Under the pieces are notes generated by a model. That model saw nothing but the letters and a program-made list of their open reading frames with translations. It had not been told where the DNA came from and ran no database searches. The position numbers were made by a program, and so were the translations under genes. A stretch of 64,000 nt of DNA from Octopus sinensis (Eukaryota). Below, piece after piece: positions 1 through 14,780 of the stretch. Numbering within the stretch: the first letter of the stretch is position 1; every line of letters starts with the position of its first letter. The DNA lies in the NCBI RefSeq assembly GCF_006345805.1, contig NW_021824833.1, forward strand, positions 1-64,000. The letters are read 5' to 3'.

Positions 1-188
1 CAACTGTATCGATCTTCCCCTGGGACCCGTGCTACAGTATAGTAGTTTTTAACATTGTTATTATTGTTATTGTTCTTCTTCTTCTCCTTCTCTTCTCCTC
101 CTCCTCCTCCTCCTCCTTCTTCTTTCTCCTCTCCTCCTCCTCCTTCTTCTTCTTCTTCTCCTCCTCCTCCTTCTTCTTCTTCTTCATC

Positions 189-245
<57 letters not shown>

Positions 246-364
246 GTTTCTTCTTTCTTCAAATTCTCTTCCGTTTCTCGCCGAGTATTTTCCGTACACC
301 TAGAGCAGAGAAGCTCATTGTATGCATTCCCAGATTAGCTTTGCCCTAGGTGTACGGAAAACAA

Positions 365-415
<51 letters not shown>

Positions 416-437
416 GTTATTATTATTATTATTATTG

Positions 438-490
<53 letters not shown>

Positions 491-1545
491 GCTGTTGCAC
501 TCGTTGTTCTGCTTCCTACCTATGTAAGCTCAAATACAAAGAGGCACGGCTTAATGATAGTTTCACGAAGTGTCACTCCGACATATTCAGCCCCTCATAT
601 TGCATGGTGTTTCACTAGTGAATCATTTACATACAACGCAGTTAGAAAATGAACGGCCCAGAAACAATAGTAACGAATATCAAGGTTGTGCCGTATTCAT
701 TCTTCGTCATCTTATCTACATACATATACTTACGTACACATATATATACATATACATATATACACGTATATATATACACGAATATCAAAGTTGTGCCATA
801 TTCATTCTTCGTCATCTTATGTACATATATATACATACATAAACATGTATATATATACATATATATATATACACGTATATATATATATATATACACGTAT
901 ATATACATATATAAACATACATATATATTATATACATATACGTATATAAGCATACATATATATTATATATATATAGACGTATATATATGTATATATATAT
1001 ATATATATTATATATATATATATACACGTATATATATACATATACAAACATACATGTACATATTATATATATGCATATATAAACATGCATATATATATAT
1101 ATTATATATATACGCATATATATACATATATATATACATGCACACACATATATACATGTGTCATTATCTATTACTATATCTATCTGTATGTCTATATCTT
1201 CCTTTCTTTACCACCACCCCCCCGCTTTATCTGTCTGTCTAACTCTTTATTCCAACATTTGAAGTCAGCCAACTGCATTATTGCTTTGGTCACACTCGAT
1301 GCACATCTGACATCTTCATGTGCATACTGCTGCACCAATTACATTTTAATTATCTTCTCCTCCTCCTCCTCCTATTCCTCTCCCTCTCTCTTCGCTCCCT
1401 TTCTTTTTCTCAGTCACCTCTTTTACTCTGTCCCTCTCCCTCTGTCCCTCTCCCTGTCTTTTTCACTACCGTCCCTCTATCACTTACTGTTGCTTCTCAT
1501 CTCTAAAATTAACATCTTCTTCCTTTTCTTCTTCTTTTCTTCTTC

Positions 1546-1602
<57 letters not shown>

Positions 1603-1641
1603 GTCTTCTTTTTGTACACCTTCTTCATTATCATCATCATC

Positions 1642-1687
<46 letters not shown>

Positions 1688-2588
1688 CATCATCATCATC
1701 ATCATCTTTATCTTCATCTTCTTCTTTATCATCATCATCTTATTCTTATTCTTTGTCTTCTTTTTCTTCTTTTTTTTTCTTCTTCTTCATTATCATCATC
1801 TTTTTCTTCTCCCGCTTCTTCTTCTTCACCTTCTCCTTCATCATCATCATCATCATCATCATCATCTTCTACTTCTTTTTCTCTTCCGCCTCCTTGATCC
1901 TAGGCCAGCCCTGACTGAAAGAGCCTATGATCTAGCAACATGTCCCCCAAAAATGTCCACTTTAAAACGGTGGTTGTTCAAATTCAAGGAACATTTAACT
2001 GCTATTTCTAGCCGATAGCGTACTGACGCGAAAGTTGCCTCATTGACTCACGTGATGTTACTTGAAAAGAAATGACAAACTAAAACTAGCCCGGAAGTGG
2101 TTGCAAAATGCTCGAACATTCTAATCGGAATATTGAGTTTCGAAATTTACCCGCGTATTAAAGCAATGTCATTGTTCACATCGGGCAAAATGAAATACTA
2201 ACATATTTAAGACATCAGGAAGAAGAAGAAGAAGAAGAAGAAGAAGAAGAAGAAGAAGAAGAAGAAGAAGAATAAGAAAAAGAAGAAGAAGAAGAAGAAG
2301 AAGAAGAACAACAACAACAACAACAACAAGAAAGAGAAGAAGAAAAGAAGTAGATGGTTATTTAATTTTAAACTGTAAGGAAGAAAACACATTTCGACGT
2401 TTTCGACAATTGTCATTCGTCAAAACATAGAAGATAAAGAAACTCCGTGAAAGCAATGTTACATACAACTGTATGTATAAGGGGGGGTTTAAGTATATAG
2501 GCGGCTCCGTATGCATATGTGTGTGTGTGTGTGTGTGTGTGGTTGTTCTTGAGAATTGCACATAATGACAATACAGTTAAAACTACAT

Positions 2589-3056
2589 AGGAAACAAGCT
2601 CTTGCTTGGGATGCATGTAACGGACTTGATAAGATCTGACACTCAAACCTTCCACCTACGCTAAAAGTTTAAAATATTTAGAATATTGATTGATAGAACA
2701 CAGATTGAGCCGCTCCCTCTCTATGGATCAACCTGCTCAGAAAGGTACAGAACATCAGTTGAAGATCACACCCGACACTTGGTAACATCTACGGAAATCT
2801 ACTACCAATATCCCTCAAGTTAAAGCAGAAACGGCTACAATTTGCTGGCCACTGTCATCAAGCAGAGAAAGAGGTTATCTCATCCCTGTTCCAGTGGAAT
2901 CCCTCTGGAAGTGTTTTCTCCAGGAAACTGACATTTCCAGGACTGAGGGCTGAATAATGGATGTCTGAACACAGCAATGCAGGACAGCAATAGTGTGGGA
3001 AGAGATTGTCAATGGAGTTCCGACTAACCATAGGTTGATCTAGGGATGAGGATGAA
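2589..3056 (+). mobile_element. Degenerate RTE-clade LINE 3' fragment
   Basis: Frameshifted RKQALAWDAC...IEPL.LYGS...KLKQKRLQFAGHCHQAEKEVISSLFQWNPSG...RKLTFP, typical of the RTE ORF C-terminus. Confidence 0.75.
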
Positions 3057-4288
3057 AACCACATGCGCCAACACGTACACATGCATCGTGTGTCCATACA
3101 TGGTGCCTCAAACACATGTACGATTCATTTATCCCGACAATGTCTAAGACATCAACCTTATACACCAATTCATTTTCGAGGAGGTTGCTTGACTCTGTGT
3201 GTATGTGTGCGTGAGTGTGTGTATGTGGGTGGGTGTTTATGGTAAGAAGCTTGCTTCCCGACAACATGGTTCCAGGTTCAGTCCCACTGCGTGACACCTT
3301 GGGCGGGTTTCTTCCACTACAGCCTCGGGCTAACAAATGCCTTGTGAGACGGAAACTGAAAGAAGCCTATCGTATGTGTTCGCACGTGTGTGTGTGTGTG
3401 TGTATGTATGAATGTGTGTGCGTGTGTGTGTATGTGTGTGTGTTTGCGTCTGTCTGTGTCTGTGTTTGTGGGCGTCTGCATGTGTATGTGCATGCGTGTG
3501 TATATGTGCGTGTGCATGTGTGTGCGTATGTGTGTGTGCGTGTGTGTCTTTGTGTGTGTGTTTGTGTGCGTGTGTATGTGATTGTATGTGTGTGTGTGTA
3601 TGTGTATGTGTGTATGTGTGTATGTGTGTGTATGGTTGTATGTGTTTGTATGTGTGTGTGTGCATGTGTACGTGTGTGTATGTGCGTATGTGTGTGTATG
3701 TGTGGGTGCATGTGTACGTGTGTGTATGTGCGTATGGTGTGTATGTGTGTGTATGTGTGTGCGTGTTAGTCCCACCACCACCACCACCACCACCACTGCC
3801 TGACAGCCCGTAGCGGTTTGCTTACGTCACCGCAAAATTATCGGCAAAAGACAATGTTAGACTAAACACCAGTCTTTCAAAAAAAATAAAAGCTAAATCC
3901 CCGGATCGGTTCCTTTGCCAAATAGCCTTCAAGAGGATGCCCCAGCATGGCCGCATCCTAATGACCGAAACCAGTAAACGATAAAAGATAAAAGGAACAT
4001 ATGCGCATGCGCACAGCTGCCTCTATCTGTTTCTTTGTTTCTCATGCTTGCAGCTCCGCGTCTACATTGGACGCGTACAAATGGACAAATATATCATTCT
4101 TTGAACAGGTCAAGCTTATGAAATTAATTTCATAAATTAATAATCTTTGACTGTTGTTGATATCGTTCGTGTCAATGTGGCCGTTGCTGCTGTTGCTGTG
4201 GTTGTCGTTGTTATTTCTATTGTTAATGTTGTTCGGCTGCCCCGGGTTACATGTGCAAGTACAAACCTATGGTATATTGGTAACTGAT

Positions 4289-4321
<33 letters not shown>

Positions 4322-4332
4322 GCAAATATATA

Positions 4333-4378
<46 letters not shown>

Positions 4379-4565
4379 TATAGATATATATGCATATATA
4401 TATACATATGCATATATATATATATATGTATATATATGTATACACATATATATTTATACATATATAGATATATCTATATAAATTTATAGATATATAAATA
4501 TATAGATATAGAAATACATATATTTATAAATGCATATAGAGAAAGTATATATATATATATATGTG

Positions 4566-4608
<43 letters not shown>

Positions 4609-5015
4609 CACACAAACACATTTACATATATATACATGAATGTGTGTACCAGACGATCAATGGAAGGTTGCAGAGGAGTAAAACATGACATCGAAGAGGT
4701 GCATTGTGGGTAGGGGACGGATGATAACAATGGTGGTGGCGGTGGCGGTGGCGACGACGACGAAGTCGACGATGATGATGATGATAATGATGATGATGCC
4801 GATGATGATGATGATGATGATAACGACGATGACGATGACGATGATGATGATCCTGGTTTGTTATTCTCCACAGACCAATGATAGACGAATATCGATCAGT
4901 CCTTCCAATATGATCAGAGCTATAAATTACCGCCGCAGCGTTTGCCATCTTCGATCACATTCAAGGTTCAGTAATCACTGGCACATGGCTTTCACACACG
5001 GTAATACTCTGCGTG

Positions 5016-5054
<39 letters not shown>

Positions 5055-5592
5055 GTGTGTTGTGTGTGTGTGTGTGTGTGTTGTGCGTGTGTGGGGTGTG
5101 TGGTGTGTGTGTGTGTGTGCGTGTGTGTGTACGTATGCAAGATGCAAGGATGTTTGTGTGTAACTGCTTGTGTATGCATACGTGGGTGTTTTATCATGGG
5201 TATACATACACACATACACACACACACATATATATATATGTTATATATATATAATATATATATGTTATATATATATATGTGTGTGTATATATATATAATA
5301 TATATATCTATATATATATAGTAAAGGGAAAGCAAGAGGAATATAAACATACGCATACACACACACTATATATATACACAAATGTATACACATCTATGTA
5401 TGGCTGTGTGTATGTATAGATACACATTCTCTATTAGATGCACATCTATACATATGTGTGTATACATATATGTGCATACCAGATATATGTACGTGTATGC
5501 ATATATATATGTGTATGTGTGCGCGCCTGAGAGTGTGTGTGTATCTGTGTCTCTGTGTTGTATATGTATATATATAGATATATTTATATATG

Positions 5593-5642
<50 letters not shown>

Positions 5643-5686
5643 TGTATAAACGTACGTATATATACGTATACATGCATATTTATTAT

Positions 5687-5739
<53 letters not shown>

Positions 5740-6216
5740 TACATATATATATATATATATACTTACATATACATATATACATACATCAGCATACAGTATA
5801 TAACGCGAGTTAAAAAGAGTGAGTCTGGGTGGGTTTAGGGGAGAGGCGGAAGAAGGAGATATAAGGAAGAAATGGTTGAAATACAGAGGGGAAAGAAACA
5901 GCAAATAGATAATGGCGGAAAAAATTGCGTAGTAGGGTGGGAGTAAGAGTTAAAGACAGAAAAGGAGTAGGAGAGAGAGTGATAGTAAGAGGAGAGTTGA
6001 TGTTTAGATATGATGGGGGTAGGAGGGTCTGTGAGGAAAATAGAGGTAGAGAGGGGAGAAGGGAAAGGAGGAGAAGTAAGAGTGATAAGTTTGGCTGAAC
6101 GTCACACGACCCTTACATAAATATTCGATAGGGGGGAACAACAGGTCACAGCTCTGTCGGGATATATTTAGTGCATTGTGGGTAATGATTCATCACTGAC
6201 AGAGATAGATATACTT

Positions 6217-6247
<31 letters not shown>

Positions 6248-6315
6248 CATTTGTATGTAAGATATGTATGTATATATATTTGTATATATATATATATATA
6301 CATCCACACACACAC

Positions 6316-6346
<31 letters not shown>

Positions 6347-6382
6347 CATACATATATATATATATACATACATATGTATGTG

Positions 6383-6421
<39 letters not shown>

Positions 6422-6452
6422 GTATATATACACACACAGATATATATGTATG

Positions 6453-6485
<33 letters not shown>

Positions 6486-7665
6486 ATATAATGACAAGTT
6501 ATGTATTAACGCTGGAGATTTTAAGTATAGATTAGGTAAGATGCAAAGACGTAGTAGATAGTTAACCACTAGCAAAGATCCTGTCATTTTCTCCTGTCAA
6601 ATTAAGGTTATATAAATGTTATTATAGGTATACACTAACAGCAGTACCTCCCCACATATCACATGAAGTTCGTAGATAATTTCGTAGCCACTTAACCACC
6701 ATCAGATAAGCTATTCCACTCCTTTCTTACACAGCCAAGTATTACACACTCCAGTAGAAGGGTCGTTTCATTTTGCTTCAGTTTGATTAATGCAAGTAAA
6801 TTATACGGAATTTTTACTTGTTAATCTGTAACTTGTTATCATCTTTTATTTCTGTGTTTAATTATCGTCATAAATATCGAATATAATGTAATTCCTGACA
6901 GTGTTAGACAGTGGTAGACATGATCAGAAGGCAAACTCGATTGGGACAAGGTAAACATTTGCCCTTGTCACATGTGAAGACAGTATTACGTATGATTTGT
7001 TTTGGGTTTTTTTTTTCTTGCTTTCATGTATCAGCATTGTTTTATTGTATATGTGTGTGTATGCATCTGTCAGTGTGTGGACATTCGTGTGTGTACCTAT
7101 GTATGTATGTATGTGATTAAAACACACTGTTTTTCGCACGTGCGTATTAAATTGGATTTACTCCTCAGTGTAAATTCGATTTACTCCACAGTGTTCTAAT
7201 CACCGGCGGTGTAAGTGAAGAGGGTAACTCTAACTAAGGTTGAAAAGGGAGCTAACTCATACCAGTTTTATTAGACTAGGTAGAGTGGTCTCAAATTGTG
7301 CTGAGTCAAACTCGGAACCCCACAACAAAATAATGTTCACCCCGCTCTAATTGCCCAACGAAACTAACCAACTTACTACAATGAAACCTCTCCCCAGCAA
7401 AATTACCAACTCAAGAACAAAATTTAATATAAAACTTACTAACTTTGCCTCGATTGCCATCACATATGTATGAACTATTTTCGTATCCTAACCGATGTAT
7501 CAATCCTTTTTCGCATTCTGAAGAGATTTGCTAAAACTAGTAAATCGAAACGATCGTAAATGCTACCTTTATCATTGCTTCCTTCTTCTTTGTTATCTAA
7601 TCAAATTAATGGCATACCAGCGAAAACGACGAGTCTCCCCTTGTTATTACATCCATTTTCTTCTC

Positions 7666-7716
<51 letters not shown>

Positions 7717-8004
7717 AATATACATATATATATATATACATACATAAACATATATATATATATGTATGTATGCATACATGCAGGCATGTATGTATGTGTG
7801 TAAGTATGTATGCATGTATGTATGAATGTATGTATATATGTATGTATGCATGGATGCAGGCATGCATGTATGCATGTATGTATGAATGCATGTAAGTATG
7901 TATATATGTATGAATGTATGTGTGTATACATGCAGGCATGTATGTATGGATGTATGTATGTATGAATGTATGTATATAAGTATGTATGAATGTATGCTTA
8001 TTTG

Positions 8005-8038
<34 letters not shown>

Positions 8039-8354
8039 TGTATATATGTATGTTATTTTGTTTTTATTTTTTTAGTTTCAGCTCAGAGCTGCGGCCATGC
8101 TGATGCACCGCGTATGTATATAAATGTATATTTACATTTAGAAAGACCTACAGAATATTTTACAGATGGTGGGGAGTCAATACTGAGACTAGAATCAAAC
8201 TTATAACACTTGCTTGTGACTCAAATGTGGCCTGTCAGCTTATTTACTTAGTGGTCATATAAGCCGTCAGGCGAAACTTCAAGCGTGAATCAATATTAAT
8301 TTTATTGTATATTGACTCACACACACCCATACACACCCCCACCCCCCACACACA

Positions 8355-8402
<48 letters not shown>

Positions 8403-9158
8403 CATAAACACACACACACGCCACACACACACACACACACACATACACACACACACACATACACACACACATTATAAACATTGACTGAAGCTGCAAGTTT
8501 GATAGACGTTTATTATATCCATACAAAGAAAAGTTTGTCAGTTACTTCGGAATTACTGCTTTGGAGCCGTCATCATAATTACACACACATCTCAAACCAT
8601 ATACATACATATATATATATAAGGGTCTCAGGGAATAAAGACCAATACCTAGAACGCATTTTGGTGCTGTAGACAACGGCGTTGTCAATGCTGTCATCTC
8701 TACTTTGACAGAGAGATAATAGATATTTCGCAGATGTTATTCGTTCAACTGTTGGGTTGCTTCATAAAAATAGATCAAAAGAAATATAAAATGCCAATTA
8801 GTCGGAACAGCAGCGAAGTATTTGTTGTTTAGGGTTATATATAAAGGGGTGGGTTGGTGTATATTGTTGTGTATTTCGGGGTATGATTATTTCCATCGTT
8901 TATTTGTTTAGTTATTAGTGTGAAGGTGTCTGTATGAGCGTATACTTCGTGTGTATTCATAAATATATATATATATATATATATATATCTGTGTTTATGT
9001 TCCACTTTGCTCCAAACGCAAACAAGCATATATACACACGTGTACACACACACACGGTAATTTGAATACATATGCTTAAATTTCTCAATATATGTATGTG
9101 TATATGTGTGCATGCATGTATGGACAACCAGCCAGACAAACTGACAGACCGACCGACT

Positions 9159-9257
<99 letters not shown>

Positions 9258-9382
9258 CTTTACGCCGGCAAAGTATATATAAATATATGTGTTTAAATAT
9301 GTAAATGTGTGCATATATATAAATGGTTAATTTAATTTTTCATTATTGAATTGATAAAATGTGTTTTTTTCTAATTCATATA

Positions 9383-9445
<63 letters not shown>

Positions 9446-9924
9446 TTTCAAAAAACACCTTTTAACAATTCAATAATGAAAAATTAAATATACCATTTAG
9501 AAAAATTACCAATTGATAAAAGGTATTTTATTTTCTAATTTATATATATATATTATATTTTGTGAAATTTGATTTAGTATTTCTTAATTGAATTTTTCCC
9601 TTTAAGTTCGGAATAATATTCCCTCATATTATTATTATATTATATACATGCATATATATATATATACACAAACATACTTATACATATGAACAGTATATAC
9701 GATCACATAAACATGAAATATATATATATATGAATGTACATATATATATAGATATATATAATATAGGGTATATGTATATATGTGATATATATATATATTA
9801 TATGTTATATTATACATATATACAAATATGTATATATATATGTATATTATGTATATATGTATATATATATATGTATATATATCTATATGTATTATATATA
9901 TATATCTATATATAATGTATATAT

Positions 9925-9964
<40 letters not shown>

Positions 9965-9986
9965 CTATATGTATATTATATATATC

Positions 9987-10031
<45 letters not shown>

Positions 10032-10282
10032 ATATATATATATATATAATGCATGAATGATATATTACTTATCTGTGGGCTTTTGTGTCAAATTGTAATG
10101 AAAACAATTTAACATTCCTCTGAAGAATTATTCCATATTTTTTGTAGAGTATTTATAATACCTTTACACTAGTAGTGATGACAGTGACTTCAGAGTTTCG
10201 ATCTGAAAGCCTTCACTCGACTGCCTATATATGTGTATATATATACAATAAAATATTTGATTATTACTAATCTTATTATTAT

Positions 10283-10762
10283 TTTTTTTTCTTTCGAATT
10301 TGCTTCCATTTCTTGCCGGGTGTCTTCCCGACTCCTAGGGCAAAGAAACTCATAGTATACATTGGTAGGCCATTAAACCATACTCAATAGTTCGTTCATT
10401 TTTTTTTTTCAAGTTAAATTAAAATACATGAGCAGCAACAGTTCTCACATCGACAATGCTCTTCTCAATACGTGTGATGTATCAGTTTAGACAATCTTTT
10501 GCACTTCTTGCAGGGATGGTAAGCCAGGGATCATTCTCATATAATTTTCGGTTCCCTTCTTGATCATTCCTAGTGCTCCTACGATCACTGGTATTGTAAC
10601 CGCCTTGAGATGCCACATTTTCTCAATTTCAATGAGTAGGTCTTTATATTTTCTGAGCTTGTCAAACTCTTTCGCTGAGATATTATGATCACAGGGGATG
10701 CTCATGTCGATCAATAAGCAAACTTTATTGTTTTGGTCTTTCACAACAATATCTGTTTTTTT
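10283..10762 (-). mobile_element. R4/Dong-clade non-LTR element, 5'-truncated (restriction-like endonuclease + 3' UTR), ending in (TAA)n
   Basis: KTDIVVKDQNNKVCLLIDMSIPCDHNISAKEFDKLRKYKDLLIEIEKMW...PVIVGALG (PD-D/ExK RLE). The 3' end runs into aataataa. Confidence 0.88.
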
Positions 10763-10939
10763 TGAAAATTTTCACCAAAAACGTTCTTCGGTGCCTTCCA
10801 GATTTCTTCTTTCCTGAAGTGTACTGGGTGGCATTGGATCCTCCATGGGGTTCACTGCTGTTTGTGTGGTGGATTGGGGTTTCAGCTTTGACTGTTTTGC
10901 CTTTTCCTCCCTTTCCCTCCTTATTTTTGTTTTCGGTCC

Positions 10940-11385
10940 TTGAGGAAATTTTTGAGTAAAATTTTCGTTGAAAATTTTCGAAAAATTTTCTGGGTGAAAT
11001 TTTCGGTGAAAATTTTTGGGGAAAATTTTCGAAAAATTTTGCGAAAAAATTTTGGGGTAAAATTTTCGGTGAAAATTTTGGAAAAATTTTTGGTGAAAAT
11101 TTTCGAAAAATTTTTGGGAAAATTTTCGAAAAATTTTTGGGTAAAATTTTCGGTGAAAATTTTAGAAAAATTTGAGTAAAATTTTCGAAAAATTTTTGGG
11201 TAAAATTTTCGGTGAAAATTTTCGAAGTATTTTTGGGGGAAATTTTCGAAAAGCCTTTGGGGAAAATTTTCGGTGAAAATTTTCGTAAAATTTTGGGGAA
11301 AATTTTCGGTGAAAATTTTCGAAAAATTTTTCGAGAAAATTTTCGGTATAAATTTTAGAAAAGTTTTCGGTGAAAATTTCGGTGT
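10940..11385. repeat. Quasi-palindromic 11-12-bp minisatellite (GAAAATTTTCG/GGG/GGT)
   Basis: Dozens of consecutive gaaaattttc variants. Confidence 0.9.
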
Positions 11386-11749
11386 ATTATTATATTATTA
11401 TTATTATTATTATTATTATGTTTATTGATATTAGATTTAGTGTTATCTTCACGTCACAATACATATTATAGTAGATTCCAATATACCGTATACTAATTGA
11501 CATGTATAGGCACAGAAAATTACTCTTTTCCAAAGGGTGAAACGGCTGTAAGTGATTTTAATGATTCTAACAATTTATATTAATGTATTTTTTTAATAAC
11601 TATTTGTTTTCTTATCCGAAATATGTTGAATTTTATACTGTATATATGTATGTTATTATGGTTGTAGTTTTCATAAATAAATAAGGCAACATTCTAATAT
11701 CCTAAAGCTGATAAACCAACTAATGTGTTTCTCCATTTTCTTTTTTGTA

Positions 11750-11810
<61 letters not shown>

Positions 11811-11877
11811 CATATATATATACATATATAATACATATATACATATATATATACATATATACATATAATATATAATC

Positions 11878-11922
<45 letters not shown>

Positions 11923-13499
11923 TATATATATGTTGGTATCTACGAATAGTAGTACCCTCAATATAATAATATATATATATATATATATAAACACACTCAC
12001 ACATACACAAACACACACACACACACACATATATATATATCAGTCGTTCGTTTCAATCTCACCTGTTTCCTATTGAAGCACATGTGCTTATTCCATTGTT
12101 ACAACCCAATATGTAGTCTCAGTTGCTGCTCTATGTTAATCAAAATATTATTATATAATGGTGAACAAATGATACCAAAAATTTCCAAATTCTAGTTTTG
12201 TTTTAAACGACAGCCTTCTTTCAGTTTCCGGCAACCAAATCTATTTACAATGCTTTGGTCGGCCCGAGACTGTAAGTAGAAGACATTTGCTCAAGATGCC
12301 ACGCAGTGAGATTGAATCTGGAACCATATTATTTGAAAGCAAACTTCTTACCACATAGCCACGCTTATGCTTTCTATGCCTTCAAGATGCTGGAAATAGC
12401 AGTGAGATCTCCCTAGATTCACCACATACCATCTTATAAAAGAAGTCACATTAGATATTTTCATCCTAAATATACCGTGCTTGAAAGCAACGACGAATTG
12501 GTCACGGCTGGAACGTCTTTGAAGATGGGTTTGTTGACTAAGACTAGTATAAAGCTAAAGTCGTCGGGTTATGTAGTGTTTCACGGCGGGGTCATGACTG
12601 GAACGCTCTCCTGATAAAACAGCAACATATTCGAGCAACAGCAACGACAACCAGCTAACGAGGAAGCCATCTATGTGGTCGCTAAATTTGCAAGAAACAG
12701 CAGCCAGATTTCCCTCAAACCACACCCAAAAGCTTAAAGGAGAAGGAAGAAAACGTGATAAAAGTAGTCCTAGATGTATAGTTTGTATGAGAAGTTTGAG
12801 GAGATGGTCATATTTGGAACGATTACGATCGTGGGTTTATTCGATTTGAGTTGTTCTAGGTTAACAAAAGAAAAACAAAGAAATAACGGGGAGGGAAAAT
12901 AAAATCGATTTATCGGAATGATAACGGATTGATTTGTGAAAAATCGATAATTGATCGTAGAAAATTGATTCGTCGGTCAGAGAAAAGTTATTTTGGATCT
13001 GTCGAAAATCCATGATTGAGTGTTAAAAAAAATAGATGATCGATCGTGGAAAATTGATAATCGATACTTGGAAAATTGATAACCAATAAGTCGAAAATAG
13101 ATGATTGATCTGTATCAAATCGATTATTGAACTGCCGAAAATTGATTATTCGCCGCAGAATATTCATGATCGATCTCTTGGAAATCGATATTCGGGCGTA
13201 GACTATGATTATCGATCGGAGAAAATCGATATTCAATATACAAAGATCAATGACTGATCGATAGAAAATGATTGATCTTAGAAAAGTAAAAATAGACATC
13301 TTTGGATAAACGTATCTTTATTAAACAGAAGCGCAGGAAAATTCTTCAATTTTATCTGAAGAAGTTGTGGAATGTTCTCTGAGAGAATTACAGCAGAGTA
13401 AGAACTTTGGTAGGAGACTGTGGAACGAGACAAATCGATATCATATGTGAAACATCAGATGCTAGGTTCGATCCTTCGTTAGTCTGTAATTTGATGTGT

Positions 13500-13900
13500 A
13501 AATGTCTCGTGTTATTGCTGCTGCTGCTGTTATTGTTGTTGTTGTTGTTGTGGTGGTGGTGGTGGTGGTAGTAATGGTGGTGGTGGTGGTGATGGTGGTG
13601 GTGGTGGTGATGGTGGTGGTGATGGTGGTGGTGGTGGTGGTGGTGGTGGTGGTGGTGGTGGTGGCGGTGGTGGTGGTGGTGATGGTGGTGATGGTGGTGG
13701 TGGTGGTGGTGGCGGTGGTGGAGGTGATGGTGGTAGTGGTGATGGTGGTGGTGGTGGTGGTGGTGGTGGTGGTGGTGGTGGTGGTGGTAGTGATGGTGGT
13801 GGTGGTAGTGGTAGTGGTAGTGGTGGTGTTGCTGCTGATGCTTCTGCTGCTGCTGCTCTTGCTGTGTCTCATCGTCATCGTAGCTCTTATGCTTGTGACA
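13500..13900. repeat. Long (GGT/GAT/GCT)n trinucleotide tract
   Basis: Directly visible; source of the poly-V/H/T ORFs. Confidence 0.95.
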
Positions 13901-14735
13901 GCAGCTGTAATCCGGTAAATGCAGTCGAGGCAAAATTTAATTAGATTAGCCATCTGCGTATCATATTCAATGTACATAGACTGTTGATAAACCAATTACC
14001 ACAGAATTTGTCCTGAGATAATATCTATTACGGACGTGTACCGTATTGAAAACATAATAATCTTTCGGTTTCCGTCTACCAAATCCACTCACAAGGCTTT
14101 GGTTGGATCGAGGCTTTACTAGACGACACAAGCCGGAGGTGTTATGCAATGAGACTGAACCCAGAACCATGTGGTTGGGAGACAAACCTTTTACCATATA
14201 ACCACGAAATAACAAAAAACAAACCTTTATCCTTACACACAAAAAAACAGGTAGAAATTGTGCAAACCAGGACAAGATATAGAACTCACGACCTTCAGCT
14301 CATCAGCCGTATACCGTAACCATTCAGCCACGCTCTTTCTCAATAAAAATAGGAGTGACAGAGCTGCTGTCACATCCATTGTGCTAATGGTGAGGTTTTG
14401 CCATTATTGGTGTTTCTTTGGTTACAGTATAGGCTGTAGTGGAAGTAGTGGTGATAGCTATGGTAACAGTGTTGTTATCATTGTTATTGATTTCGCAGTA
14501 ACATTCCACAAAATTCGATCAGCGCGTATCGATAAGTTTTTACATCATTGTCTTTTGCAATTCATGATTTTTGTTAGATTTCATGGTTTGGTTTTGTCGC
14601 AGTTCTTTGTGTATCAATGCAATCGATCGATTGTTATACACGCAGATGTGTATATAAATACATATATATATATAGTTGCGTGTATGTGTTGTGTGTATGT
14701 GTGTGTGTGTTATATAATATATATGTGTATATAAT

Positions 14736-14780
<45 letters not shown>

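Noticed and set aside
2040-2100. TGACTCACGTGA and CCGGAAGTG (AP-1/E-box, ETS) motif pair
   Set aside because: Short motifs with no linked start site or exon; not enough to call a promoter.
10170-10225. Hammerhead-like words on the minus strand (tgaaggctttcagatcgaaac)
   Set aside because: The CUGANGA core is broken and the stems do not pair.
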